Virus record (IMG/VR): IMGVR_UViG_3300021963_006528
DNA from: an uncultured virus (IMG/VR IMGVR_UViG_3300021963_006528)
Taxonomy: Duplodnaviria > Heunggongvirae > Uroviricota > Caudoviricetes
Reading direction: 5' to 3' (one strand)
DNA: 64,000 nt
Shown here one piece after another: positions 30,935-40,601 of this stretch. The notes under the pieces were generated by a model. The model saw only the letters and a program-made list of their open reading frames with translations, searched no databases and had not been told where the DNA came from. The translations under genes and the position numbers were made by a program. Within the stretch, counting starts at the first letter, position 1. Every line of letters begins with the position of its first letter.

Positions 30935-31935
30935 AACTAGTTACCGTATTTTTATCTGAGAAATGTAATCTCAATTGTTCATATTGCAATCAAGACAAGT
31001 TGTCTAAAGATGTTATAGATCCTCAACTATTTTTAAATGAGTATCGTAGGGTTAGAAAGTCTTTTCCTGATGAGTTGATACAAATCGATTTTTTTGGTGG
31101 TGAACCATTACTCTTTATGGATTTAATAAAGACTATTATTAGTGAAACGGAGAATGATGATAACATTCAATATGGAATGCCAACTAATGGTTTGTTACTT
31201 ACCGAAGAAATTTTAGAGTATTTGATTGAAAAAAAAGTAAATGTATCATTAAGTTTTGATGGATTGTGGCATGATAAAAACAGACTTCAGTTAAATGGTA
31301 AAGGTACTGTACCTAGATTTTTTGAGAAGCGAGAATTGTTCCAAAGAATACCAAATTTTAAGATACACACCATGATCTATAAAGGGTGTTATAACCTTTT
31401 GGAAAACCACCTATATATTAGGAAACACTTTGGTGTTAATCCCGAACTTACTTTGGTTCGTGACATGCATGTTTGGGATTCAAAGAGTGTGGAGAGATTA
31501 AAAACCGGTATAACAGAATTGTTCAATTGGTATATCGATAATCCTGAAGAAGAAATGCCGTATTTCATATTGTTTTATTTACGACATTTTATTAATTATG
31601 AATCTAGAGGATATGTTAAAGATTTTTGTGGTGCAGGAACAGACATTTTTATGTTTAGTGAAAACAAACCGGTACCTTGTAATCGATTTAAAGATAATCC
31701 AGAAATGGTAGAATTAATTCCGGAATATCAACGCATGTCTGAATGCCAAACATGTGAGGTAAAAAATTATTGCGAAAAAGGTTGTTTATTTGAACAGATA
31801 AAGAATAAAGGACCAATAAAAGAATTGTGTGATGTATATAAATTTATGTACAAGAATGTTGGTGATATGACAAAACAATTAAGAAATAATGAAAATTTTA
31901 AAAATACTGTTATGAAAGAACTGATGGATGGCTAA
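30931..31935 (+). CDS. Radical SAM/SPASM domain protein
   Basis: CNLNCSYC, FFGGEPLL, TNG, SFDG; C-terminal CGAG...PC...CQTC...C...C. Confidence 0.92.
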   Translation: MKLVTVFLSEKCNLNCSYCNQDKLSKDVIDPQLFLNEYRRVRKSFPDELIQIDFFGGEPLLFMDLIKTIISETENDDNIQYGMPTNGLLLTEEILEYLIEKKVNVSLSFDGLWHDKNRLQLNGKGTVPRFFEKRELFQRIPNFKIHTMIYKGCYNLLENHLYIRKHFGVNPELTLVRDMHVWDSKSVERLKTGITELFNWYIDNPEEEMPYFILFYLRHFINYESRGYVKDFCGAGTDIFMFSENKPVPCNRFKDNPEMVELIPEYQRMSECQTCEVKNYCEKGCLFEQIKNKGPIKELCDVYKFMYKNVGDMTKQLRNNENFKNTVMKELMDG

Positions 31936-32167
31936 TTCGATAAAGAAAATGAATAAAGCACTTTATGGTGCAGCGTTTCATTTAAATGAAGCTGGAAAAT
32001 ACTTAACTAATGTTGAGGACTTTAGACCTGACGCCGTTAAACTATTTCGTATGGCAGAAGAAATGATAGGTATTGTTAAACCGGAAGTAAACAAGGTTAC
32101 AGAAGAAAAAATGTTTTCAATACTCGATGAAATAATGGAGTTCTCTAAGGAAGAAAAAACTAAATGA
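31928..32167 (+). CDS. Small hypothetical protein between two SPASM enzymes
   Basis: 79 aa; overlaps both neighbours (translational coupling). Confidence 0.7.
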   Translation: MANSIKKMNKALYGAAFHLNEAGKYLTNVEDFRPDAVKLFRMAEEMIGIVKPEVNKVTEEKMFSILDEIMEFSKEEKTK

Positions 32168-33315
32168 ACAAAAAACATGACCAGTTCACATTAGAAATTA
32201 CAACTACTGCACTTTGCAATATGGGTTGCACATATTGTTTTGAAGGGGCAAAAACTAATACACAAAGATTAGATGATAAAGTTGATGTTGTCAAGAAACG
32301 AGTTTATGAACTTTTAGACAGTAGTTTTTTTAAAAACAATTATAAAATGTTAAATTTGACTTTTTGGGGTGGTGAGCCTACACTAAACGGAAATTTGATC
32401 GTAGATATAATGACCGAATTTCAACATTTAGATAAAGTTAACTTTCACATTTATACAAATGGTTATAATAGAAAAAGACTGGATGATATTCTCGATAAAG
32501 TGGATATTCATAAATTGTCCGTACAAATATCACATGATGGTAAAGAAATTGGTGATAAATTTAGAGTCACCCATTCGGGTAAACCAACTTCAGATCAAGT
32601 TGTCGAGAATATAGAATACTTTGCCAAAAAAGGTATTAATGTATTTCTTAAATCCACAATACCTTTAAAGAGTATGAAAGGCCTTTATAATACTTGGTTA
32701 GATTTTAAAGAGTTACATCTCAAACTCAATTCTATAGGACCAAACATTAATGTTTCGTATGCGCCTACAATTGATTATGTTGAAGAAATACCTAAAGAAA
32801 ACTTGGAAGAACTGATTCAAAATTTTAGATCCGAAATGATAAAAATTGCAGCCGAAGAAATCAAGTTTTTTAAAGAACATGGATATCATTTATGCTCATG
32901 GTTTAACGGTTCAGATTCAAAATCTCATTGCACATCTGGTGCTCATATGCATGCCATTGATGTTGATGGTAATAGTTATGCATGCCACGGTTCAATATAT
33001 TCACCTAATAAGGATTTAATGAAAGGTGGTAATATTATGGATGATGGTTTTATAAATAGTGTAGAATCTATGAGTAAGAAATATCAGACTCCTATTAAAG
33101 AAGTGTCTGATATATGTAAAGGATGCGTGGCCACAACATGTATGATTTGTCCAGTTAGTAGTTTGGACAACAGTAAAAAAGAAGATTATTTTGACCGATG
33201 GACGGATAGGTGGGTTAATAATATGTGTGGTTTCTTTAAAGCATTTGGTGAAATTGATAGATCGGTTCAATCATACTTAAATAAAGAAATAAAAATGGTA
33301 GAAAAGGAAATCTAA
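32164..33315 (+). CDS. Radical SAM/SPASM domain protein
   Basis: CNMGCTYC, FWGGEPTL, TNG, SHDG; CTSG...IDVDGNSYACH...CKGC...C..C...C. Confidence 0.92.
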   Translation: MNKKHDQFTLEITTTALCNMGCTYCFEGAKTNTQRLDDKVDVVKKRVYELLDSSFFKNNYKMLNLTFWGGEPTLNGNLIVDIMTEFQHLDKVNFHIYTNGYNRKRLDDILDKVDIHKLSVQISHDGKEIGDKFRVTHSGKPTSDQVVENIEYFAKKGINVFLKSTIPLKSMKGLYNTWLDFKELHLKLNSIGPNINVSYAPTIDYVEEIPKENLEELIQNFRSEMIKIAAEEIKFFKEHGYHLCSWFNGSDSKSHCTSGAHMHAIDVDGNSYACHGSIYSPNKDLMKGGNIMDDGFINSVESMSKKYQTPIKEVSDICKGCVATTCMICPVSSLDNSKKEDYFDRWTDRWVNNMCGFFKAFGEIDRSVQSYLNKEIKMVEKEI

Positions 33316-33316
33316 A

Positions 33317-34027
33317 ATGTGTACTGGAAATCGAGCCCCATGTTCTACAAATAACCCAATCACATTATCTGGTAATTTTGCAATAGCAGGAGCTGTAATT
33401 ACTGCTGAAGACATTAATAATTTAAAAAATGCTATTCGAGCCGAACTAGCAAGATATGCTCAACATAGAAGTTTTGCTAATGCTGGAGATATGGCTTCTG
33501 CTTATATCGCAAATGATTCGAGTGGTGCCAATCACGGCGCAGGTGTTACAGTAATTGATAATAGACATATCAATGATTATGAAACAATTGTACAAAGAGT
33601 AAATAATGTTGTTGAACCCGTTGGATCAAATTATGCCGTTCTTACAGAGCAACCTGATGCAACAACATCACCTAATAGTTATGCTGATGGAGAATTGGTT
33701 GAAGATACGCATTGGTCGGTACTTTTAGAAAAATACAATACTATGCGGCAAGATTGCATTTGCAATTCGGACTGTGCATGTAATTTAGTTTGTAGTTGCA
33801 ATGGTAATTGCGGTTGTAATTATAGTGATGAAAGATTGAAAGAAAATATCAAATATCTTTATACTAAAAAAGGTATTAATTTATACTCATTTAATTATAT
33901 TTGGGACAAAAGTATTACCAAAGTGGGTGTCATGGCGCAAGATTTGTTAAACACAATTTATTCAAACGCTGTTTTAACCGATGAAAACGGATATTATAAA
34001 GTAGACTATAAAAAATTACCAATTTAA
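33317..34027 (+). CDS. Fibre-like protein with Cys-rich (CxCN)x4 array and C-terminal peptidase S74 intramolecular chaperone
   Basis: CICNSDCACNLVCSCNGNCGCNY followed by SDERLKENIK...YSFNYIWD...GVMAQD...GYYKVDY; AAGGA RBS. Confidence 0.85.
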   Translation: MCTGNRAPCSTNNPITLSGNFAIAGAVITAEDINNLKNAIRAELARYAQHRSFANAGDMASAYIANDSSGANHGAGVTVIDNRHINDYETIVQRVNNVVEPVGSNYAVLTEQPDATTSPNSYADGELVEDTHWSVLLEKYNTMRQDCICNSDCACNLVCSCNGNCGCNYSDERLKENIKYLYTKKGINLYSFNYIWDKSITKVGVMAQDLLNTIYSNAVLTDENGYYKVDYKKLPI

Positions 34028-34043
34028 TGAAAGAAGGTTTGAA

Positions 34044-34661
34044 ATGAGTTCCATGATTTATGAATTAGCTACAGTTGTTGATTGCGGTACACATTGGAAA
34101 GTAACCAATGTAACAAAAAATACATTTGACAATTTAGTAAACAATAATGAAAAGTTATTAAAACTGTCTTATGTTTCTTATAAAAAAATTGAAGAAGCTT
34201 TATTGGCCAATAAAACGGTGCATATTACTAAAAATATGATGGCCAATGAAGTACTCCCTTTTGAAGTAGATGTAAAAAATACATCATTAGAAGATCCACT
34301 TCAAGAAGCAAAAAATTATAATTTAGCAAAAATTAGAATGTTGGTAACTCCTGATTTATCTAAAATTGCAGGATTAACACTATATGGTTTTATGGTTTTA
34401 AATAATGATTTAATTAATTCTGGATATGCAATTACAAATGAGAATCGAGAAGAAAAATATTTGCAAATATTAGAAACCGGTGATGAAAAATTAATTTCTA
34501 AATTGGAAGACTATTTGAATTATAAAGATGAAATAGAAAAAGTTGCTCATTTGGAAAGAAAGTTTTCTAAATTTAAAAATGATGTATTATCTTCGTCAAC
34601 AGTAGAAGATATTGATAATATTACAAATAAATTTTTAGAAAATTATTATTTAAATTATTGA
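34044..34661 (+). CDS. Hypothetical protein, possibly a tail-fibre assembly chaperone
   Basis: LQEAKNYNLAKIR and KNDVLSSSTVEDIDNI resemble DUF4376/Tfa-type segments (by eye only). Confidence 0.5.
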   Translation: MSSMIYELATVVDCGTHWKVTNVTKNTFDNLVNNNEKLLKLSYVSYKKIEEALLANKTVHITKNMMANEVLPFEVDVKNTSLEDPLQEAKNYNLAKIRMLVTPDLSKIAGLTLYGFMVLNNDLINSGYAITNENREEKYLQILETGDEKLISKLEDYLNYKDEIEKVAHLERKFSKFKNDVLSSSTVEDIDNITNKFLENYYLNY

Positions 34662-34662
34662 A

Positions 34663-35451
34663 ATGAAATATGGAGTTGTATATAAGTTTAAACCTAACCA
34701 TAAGATAAACGGAACTTTATTTTATTGTTTTGAATACTTTAAATTTTTAAGGCAATACAAAGATTTCAAATTCTATATTGTTGGCATTACGGATAAAGAT
34801 TTAAAGTTAGTACTCAAAATATTCTCCGACAAATACAATACTTCTTTTGATAATATTGTACCTATTAGTTTAGTTGATTTACATAAAGAAAAATTAGATA
34901 AAACATTAGTTTTAGATATTAGAAGTTTTAATGAATGTAAAGAATTTTTAACTAATGAGGTACATTGTTTTAGTAATGAATCTCATGAGGTTTTTCGTTA
35001 TAAAAATGATCGATCTGTAACTTATTATGGTTCATATAATTATCAACCTTTTGATGTTGAATGCCTTTTAAAACTCAATTTTAATTTATTTCATTCATTA
35101 AAACAAAACGGTTATGGAGTATTTGTTAGTGGTTTGAATTTAAATTTTATTCGCCAGAATTTAGAAAAGTGGAAAACTAAGTTCAATCGGCCTATTATAC
35201 TAAAGCAAAGTGATTGTGGATTTGGTAATTTATTTGATATGATAGATGCGGTACATTATGTTCACACTCAGCAAGATACCAATAATCGAATTATTCCTGA
35301 ATCATTTTTCTATAATAAACCGGTAACAATAGAGAAATTATTTAATGAACAAGACAGTATAGAATTGCGTTATAATGATATATTAAATAATGGTTTAAAA
35401 AATTACACCTTAACTGAAAATGATGCCATGGTGCAAGCATGTCTAAAATAG
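34663..35451 (+). CDS. Putative divergent GT-B glycosyltransferase
   Basis: DAVHYV...DTNNRIIPESFFYNKPV resembles the GT-B nucleotide-sugar motif; paralog of the next gene. Confidence 0.45.
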   Translation: MKYGVVYKFKPNHKINGTLFYCFEYFKFLRQYKDFKFYIVGITDKDLKLVLKIFSDKYNTSFDNIVPISLVDLHKEKLDKTLVLDIRSFNECKEFLTNEVHCFSNESHEVFRYKNDRSVTYYGSYNYQPFDVECLLKLNFNLFHSLKQNGYGVFVSGLNLNFIRQNLEKWKTKFNRPIILKQSDCGFGNLFDMIDAVHYVHTQQDTNNRIIPESFFYNKPVTIEKLFNEQDSIELRYNDILNNGLKNYTLTENDAMVQACLK

Positions 35452-36326
35452 TACAACTCGATCCAAAATATGATTTGTGGTTAAGTTACTCATGGAGTGA
35501 TAACAACCATGGTATTTGTGGTCACACATATGAAGTGATAGACTATTACCATATATTAAAAAATCATTTTAAAGTTGGCATACTATTGTGTGAGGATATT
35601 GATTGGAAAACATTTGAATTAAGTATCAAATCAAAATATAATTTTACTGATACTGAAATACAAGACATTAAAGACAATACAATATTTAATAATAGACCAA
35701 ATTTAATTAAAGGTAGTAATATATTATTCACAGATGGTGGTGTTGTGAATATGGAATCCATTACTCTATTATTTAATAACATATTTTATTTTGCTTGTGG
35801 TAATAAAGAAATAAAAAATAATGATAAAGATAATATTTACATATTACAAGATGATAGAGTTTATAAATCTGTAAAACGCAATGGTATCAATTATAAAAAA
35901 AGAATTTTATTTGATAGATTAAAACCTATTGATAAAAGTAAAAATCAAGTATTGATTTACGCTACAAAAAATTGCAGGCATATTTTTAATTTTGATGAGT
36001 ATACCAAATATGGTAAAATAATTGCAATCGTTAATTCTATTCCAAAATCTGTTAGTGGTGTAGAATTTTTAATTCCTCCTGTTGATAATATTTTTGAACA
36101 ATTTGATACCTATGTGTATACTCCTACACCTCGCAAATGGGATTGTAGTCCTAGATTTATTGCTGAATGTAAATATTATGGTAAAAAAGTAATATATTAC
36201 AATATAGACTATTGGGAAGAAGATCACGGATTGCGTGTGCGGAAATGGGACATAGATAATAATTTTGGTAGTTTATTCCTTCAAAAAGATGATGAGATAA
36301 TATCTATCTTAAAGGATAAAATATGA
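35439..36326 (+). CDS. Putative divergent GT-B glycosyltransferase
   Basis: FDTYVY...DCSPRFIAECKYYGKKV motif. Confidence 0.5.
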   Translation: MSKIVQLDPKYDLWLSYSWSDNNHGICGHTYEVIDYYHILKNHFKVGILLCEDIDWKTFELSIKSKYNFTDTEIQDIKDNTIFNNRPNLIKGSNILFTDGGVVNMESITLLFNNIFYFACGNKEIKNNDKDNIYILQDDRVYKSVKRNGINYKKRILFDRLKPIDKSKNQVLIYATKNCRHIFNFDEYTKYGKIIAIVNSIPKSVSGVEFLIPPVDNIFEQFDTYVYTPTPRKWDCSPRFIAECKYYGKKVIYYNIDYWEEDHGLRVRKWDIDNNFGSLFLQKDDEIISILKDKI

Positions 36327-37153
36327 TTTGCATAGACATTATTGAAAAATGTAATTTTAAGTGTCATTTTTGTATGGCCAAAGATATTACCAAACCTGAA
36401 TACATGTCATTGGATCTTTTTAAGAGTATTATTTTACAAGCAAAAGAAATGGGTATCACTAAAATTGATATGATTCCATCTAAAGGTGAACCGTTTTTGC
36501 ATCCAGACATATATGAAATGTTAGAATTTGCTAATACACATATGAAATATGTTATTATATTTACTAATGCTTCAGCAATTAATGTTGATAAATTAAAATT
36601 TATAAATCGAAACAATATTTTATTGTGTGTAAGTTATTACGGATCTACACCAGAAAAATTTAAAGAGTTGACTGCAATGGATAAAAATTTATTTGATGCA
36701 GTACATCGAAAATTATTGGAATTAGATAATAATAACATTAAATACAAACTTGAACATAGAGATTATGGTTGGACATTTAATTATCCAGGAACAGTTTCAG
36801 TTAAAAATCTTGATCCATCAATAAAATGTTCTTTTCATTCTATGCCAAAAATTACTGCAACTGGAGATGTTGTATTTTGTAAATTTATACGTGATAATAT
36901 TTGCACTACAAATTTAGTGGCATTTGCTAATTTAAATACAACATCTTTAAAAGATGCTTTAGAAAATCCTATCAGATATAAATTTTATGATAGTCAAAGT
37001 ATATGCGTTAAACATTGTAGTTCTTATAATGCTACTTGTTATAAAGAAGATATTACTAGTTTTAAAATATTATCGAATAGTAAAAAACATTATTTAAATA
37101 ATCAATCAACAATAGATTACAAATATAAAATTATGGAAAACAATATTAAATGA
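36323..37153 (+). CDS. Radical SAM protein
   Basis: CNFKCHFC, KGEPFLHP, TNA; C-terminal C...GDVVFC...C..HC. Confidence 0.9.
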   Translation: MICIDIIEKCNFKCHFCMAKDITKPEYMSLDLFKSIILQAKEMGITKIDMIPSKGEPFLHPDIYEMLEFANTHMKYVIIFTNASAINVDKLKFINRNNILLCVSYYGSTPEKFKELTAMDKNLFDAVHRKLLELDNNNIKYKLEHRDYGWTFNYPGTVSVKNLDPSIKCSFHSMPKITATGDVVFCKFIRDNICTTNLVAFANLNTTSLKDALENPIRYKFYDSQSICVKHCSSYNATCYKEDITSFKILSNSKKHYLNNQSTIDYKYKIMENNIK

Positions 37154-38190
37154 GAATCTATAACGAACTTAGTAATAAAGTTGATATTGATTACACAGAA
37201 CCTCTTAATAATAGAGCTAAACTAGACACAGGAACGCATTGTAATTATCGTTGTGAGTTTTGTTATTATAAAACGCAACTCAACAATGTAACCAAATTCA
37301 ATGTAATTAAAGAACGTATTGATTACCTTGTGGATTGCGGCATCAAAGAGGTAGACCTTTCTGGAGGAGAATCCAGTATACACAAACAATGGTTTGATAT
37401 ATTAGACTACTGTAAAAATAAAGGTTTGAAAATAAGTACTTTAAGTAATGGTTATAAATTTGCAGATAAACTATTTTTGGCCAAATCTAAAGAACATGGA
37501 TTAAACGAAATACTTTTTAGTGTTCATGGATATGATAAGGAAAGTCACAATACATTAGTTGGGCATCGTAAAGGATTTGAAAACATAGTTCAAGCCATAC
37601 ATAATGCTCATGAATTAGGTATATTAGTCCGTGTTAATTGTACTGTCACACATAAAAACTATGGAAATCTATCGACTCAATTTGTAGATTTGATGAAAGA
37701 ATTAACTCCATATGAAGTTAATTTTTTAACTTTGAATTATTGGAATGATGCGGGAATACAAGACACCATTAATTATAGTGAAGTAATGCCTCATGTACAT
37801 AGTGCTATAGATTTGTTAAAAAGTTTCATACCTATTATTAATGTAAGATACACACCTTATTGTTTCATGAAAGGATATGAACAGTATGTTTGCAATTATT
37901 ACCAACATATCTATGATGTGTATGATTGGAATATTGCTGTTTATGATGGTAAAATTGATCCAATAGATTATAAAAGTGATGTATATAAAGCAATGTATGA
38001 ATCTGCTGAGCTTAGGCGTAATTCAACATATTATAAAAAGAAAGAATGTTTAGATTGCAAACACTATTTTATTTGTGATGGTGTTGAAAAACAAATAAAA
38101 GAAATAGAATTAAAACCTGAAAAAGGTGAAAAGATAAAAGCCGTTAATTTTTATCGAAAAGGATGGTATGGCGGTTCTAGCTCTCGATAA
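37150..38190 (+). CDS. Radical SAM protein with C-terminal Cys cluster
   Basis: CNYRCEFC, SGGE, SNG, SVHG; PYC...CLDC...CDG. Confidence 0.92.
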   Translation: MRIYNELSNKVDIDYTEPLNNRAKLDTGTHCNYRCEFCYYKTQLNNVTKFNVIKERIDYLVDCGIKEVDLSGGESSIHKQWFDILDYCKNKGLKISTLSNGYKFADKLFLAKSKEHGLNEILFSVHGYDKESHNTLVGHRKGFENIVQAIHNAHELGILVRVNCTVTHKNYGNLSTQFVDLMKELTPYEVNFLTLNYWNDAGIQDTINYSEVMPHVHSAIDLLKSFIPIINVRYTPYCFMKGYEQYVCNYYQHIYDVYDWNIAVYDGKIDPIDYKSDVYKAMYESAELRRNSTYYKKKECLDCKHYFICDGVEKQIKEIELKPEKGEKIKAVNFYRKGWYGGSSSR

Positions 38191-38779
38191 TGAAATAGAG
38201 CTCATAGTTACTTGGGTATGTAATTGGCATTGTGAATATTGTTGTGTCGATACTCACAATAGGCCAGAATTAACCATGGATGAAGTTAAGTTAAAATTAC
38301 AAAAAATTATACCTGGATATAAAGTAACATTAAGTGGTGGTGAAGTTGGTACGATGAAAAGGAAAGATATTGAATATATTTTGGATGAGTTGGAGAAGAA
38401 AGGTTGTGAAATCAATATCAATACCAACGGATTATTTATTAAAAAATATAAAGATTTGTTGCCTAGATTTAAAACTGTATTATATCATTGTTCAGAAGAT
38501 TTAGAGAATGATAAAATTATTATTGATAGCAATTTGAATTTGCAATATCTATTAATTATTACCGATAATAATTATAATAGATTGGATAATTTCTTAAAAA
38601 AATATCCTGACATATCTTTTAGTTTGGTGGCGGCTTCAAATCCAGAAGGTATTCATAATGTAACACTAAGTAATAAATTAAAACACAAAATGTTGTCAAC
38701 ACAATATAAAAGGATGACTGTCGAATCTAAGAAACGAGTATTTAAAGAAAAAGATTTTGATCGTATAATATACTTATGA
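38168..38779 (+). CDS. Short radical SAM protein
   Basis: CNWHCEYC, SGGE, TNG. Confidence 0.88.
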   Translation: MAVLALDNEIELIVTWVCNWHCEYCCVDTHNRPELTMDEVKLKLQKIIPGYKVTLSGGEVGTMKRKDIEYILDELEKKGCEININTNGLFIKKYKDLLPRFKTVLYHCSEDLENDKIIIDSNLNLQYLLIITDNNYNRLDNFLKKYPDISFSLVAASNPEGIHNVTLSNKLKHKMLSTQYKRMTVESKKRVFKEKDFDRIIYL

Positions 38780-39690
38780 AAAAAGGTTTATCAGTAGAAC
38801 AAATTAGAGAAGTGGAATTGGAACTAACGGGAACATGTAATCTTGATTGTCCACTCTGCACACGTTCCTATGAGAACGGCAAACATCTTAATGTAAAAAA
38901 TATTAGACCATTGCAAGAATGGATTGATCAATTAGATACTTTTCCAAATTTACAATATGTTTGTGTGAGTGGTAGCGTTTCTGAACCTACCATGTATAAA
39001 GAATTTTTACCATTAATGCGGTACCTAGTTTCACGCAATTGTGAAATAGAAGTGTATACCAACGCAAATACGCACAATGAATCTTGGTGGACAGAATTAG
39101 GAACAATTTTAAAACCTACGGATAAAATTTGGTTTACTGTATGCGGTAGTACACAGGAGTTGCATGAAAAGTATCGTGTTGGTTCTAATTTAGAAGAAGT
39201 ATTAAGACATGCTCGAGCATATCGAGCTTCTGGTGCCAAAAATGATTGGTTACAATTGATCAAATTTGAATACAATAAAGATGACCTTGAATCAAAAGCA
39301 ATGGACAAAATTAAAGCTGAGTTTAATACAGTCTACTATTGTCAATCGGCACCATATCAAGAAAGATTTAATATTATTAAAGGTCCAACGGACATAAAAA
39401 TGCCTAAAGAAGTGAGTGAAAAATATAATGTTATTAGAAATGCATCACTAAAAAGATATGATGATGGTGTTAAATGTGAAATGAAGTGTAAAAGCTTTGA
39501 ATTGCGATTTTTAAGTATAGATAATTTTGGTAATATTCATCCATGTTTTCTTTATAGGATGTATAAAAAAACTCCTTTTGATCATACTGATTATAGTGAA
39601 ATACATGAATTTAAAAATAGATTTTGTTATGAGTGTGAAAGTCTTACCAAAACTATGTTAGAACGCAATGGTATGGAACGAATGGGATGA
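38776..39690 (+). CDS. Radical SAM protein (paralog 1 of 3)
   Basis: CNLDCPLC, SEPTMY, CGSTQELHEKYR; C...GNIHPC...CYEC. Confidence 0.9.
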   Translation: MKKGLSVEQIREVELELTGTCNLDCPLCTRSYENGKHLNVKNIRPLQEWIDQLDTFPNLQYVCVSGSVSEPTMYKEFLPLMRYLVSRNCEIEVYTNANTHNESWWTELGTILKPTDKIWFTVCGSTQELHEKYRVGSNLEEVLRHARAYRASGAKNDWLQLIKFEYNKDDLESKAMDKIKAEFNTVYYCQSAPYQERFNIIKGPTDIKMPKEVSEKYNVIRNASLKRYDDGVKCEMKCKSFELRFLSIDNFGNIHPCFLYRMYKKTPFDHTDYSEIHEFKNRFCYECESLTKTMLERNGMERMG

Positions 39691-40601
39691 TTGTTAAAAA
39701 ATCAGAAATACAAGAAATTGAAATGGACTTAACTGGAGTTTGTAATCTTTCTTGCCCATTATGCACTCGCAATTATCAACATGCTAATCATTTGGTGGAA
39801 AAAAATGTTCGCAGTATTGATAATATTATTAAACAATTAGATCAATACACAGGACTTAAAAGATTCTTTGTTGCTGGAGTTGTTAGTGAACCAACAATGT
39901 ATAAAGATTTTATTCCTTTTATAGAGTATTTAAATAGTCGTGATATTTACTATGAAATTTTTACCAATGGTAATACCCGTGATGTAAGATGGTGGGAAAA
40001 ATTAGGTAGTATAGTTCCCAAAAAATGTATGTGTGCGTTTACTATTTGTGGTAGCACTCAAGAATTACATGAAAAATATCGAGTTGGTTCCAGTTTACAG
40101 GAAATTTTAAATCATGCAGCTGCATTTCGTAAAAATGGTTTAAGTAATGATTGGGTGCAACATATAAGATTTGAATACAATGCAGAAGATAGAGAAAGTA
40201 TTGCAATGAAATCAATCTTTGATCAATTTAGTAATGTACTTAAAGTTGAAACTGAAGGTGTACGCAGAGTAAATGTCTATAACAAAGAAATTGAGCTTGG
40301 TATTAAACCTATAAAAGTTAGAGACCTTACAATTAAAAAGTTATTTGATAATAGGCCTAAACCAGATGATGGTAAAAATTATGAGATACAATGCCGAAGT
40401 TTACAACAAAAAAAAGTATACATTAATCAATGGGGACAAGTAAGTGCCTGTTACACCCATGCGGAGAATGAACAAGACTATTTTCAAAATGAAGAATTTG
40501 ATTATTCGGATATACTATCATTTAATTATCCCGATTGTTTTCTTTGCGAAAAAAGAACAAGAACATTTATTGATAAGATGGGTTTAGATTTCGTATGCTG
40601 A
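39687..40601 (+). CDS. Radical SAM protein (paralog 2 of 3)
   Basis: CNLSCPLC, SEPTMY, CGSTQELHEKYR; C...GQVSAC...CFLC. Confidence 0.9.
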   Translation: MIVKKSEIQEIEMDLTGVCNLSCPLCTRNYQHANHLVEKNVRSIDNIIKQLDQYTGLKRFFVAGVVSEPTMYKDFIPFIEYLNSRDIYYEIFTNGNTRDVRWWEKLGSIVPKKCMCAFTICGSTQELHEKYRVGSSLQEILNHAAAFRKNGLSNDWVQHIRFEYNAEDRESIAMKSIFDQFSNVLKVETEGVRRVNVYNKEIELGIKPIKVRDLTIKKLFDNRPKPDDGKNYEIQCRSLQQKKVYINQWGQVSACYTHAENEQDYFQNEEFDYSDILSFNYPDCFLCEKRTRTFIDKMGLDFVC

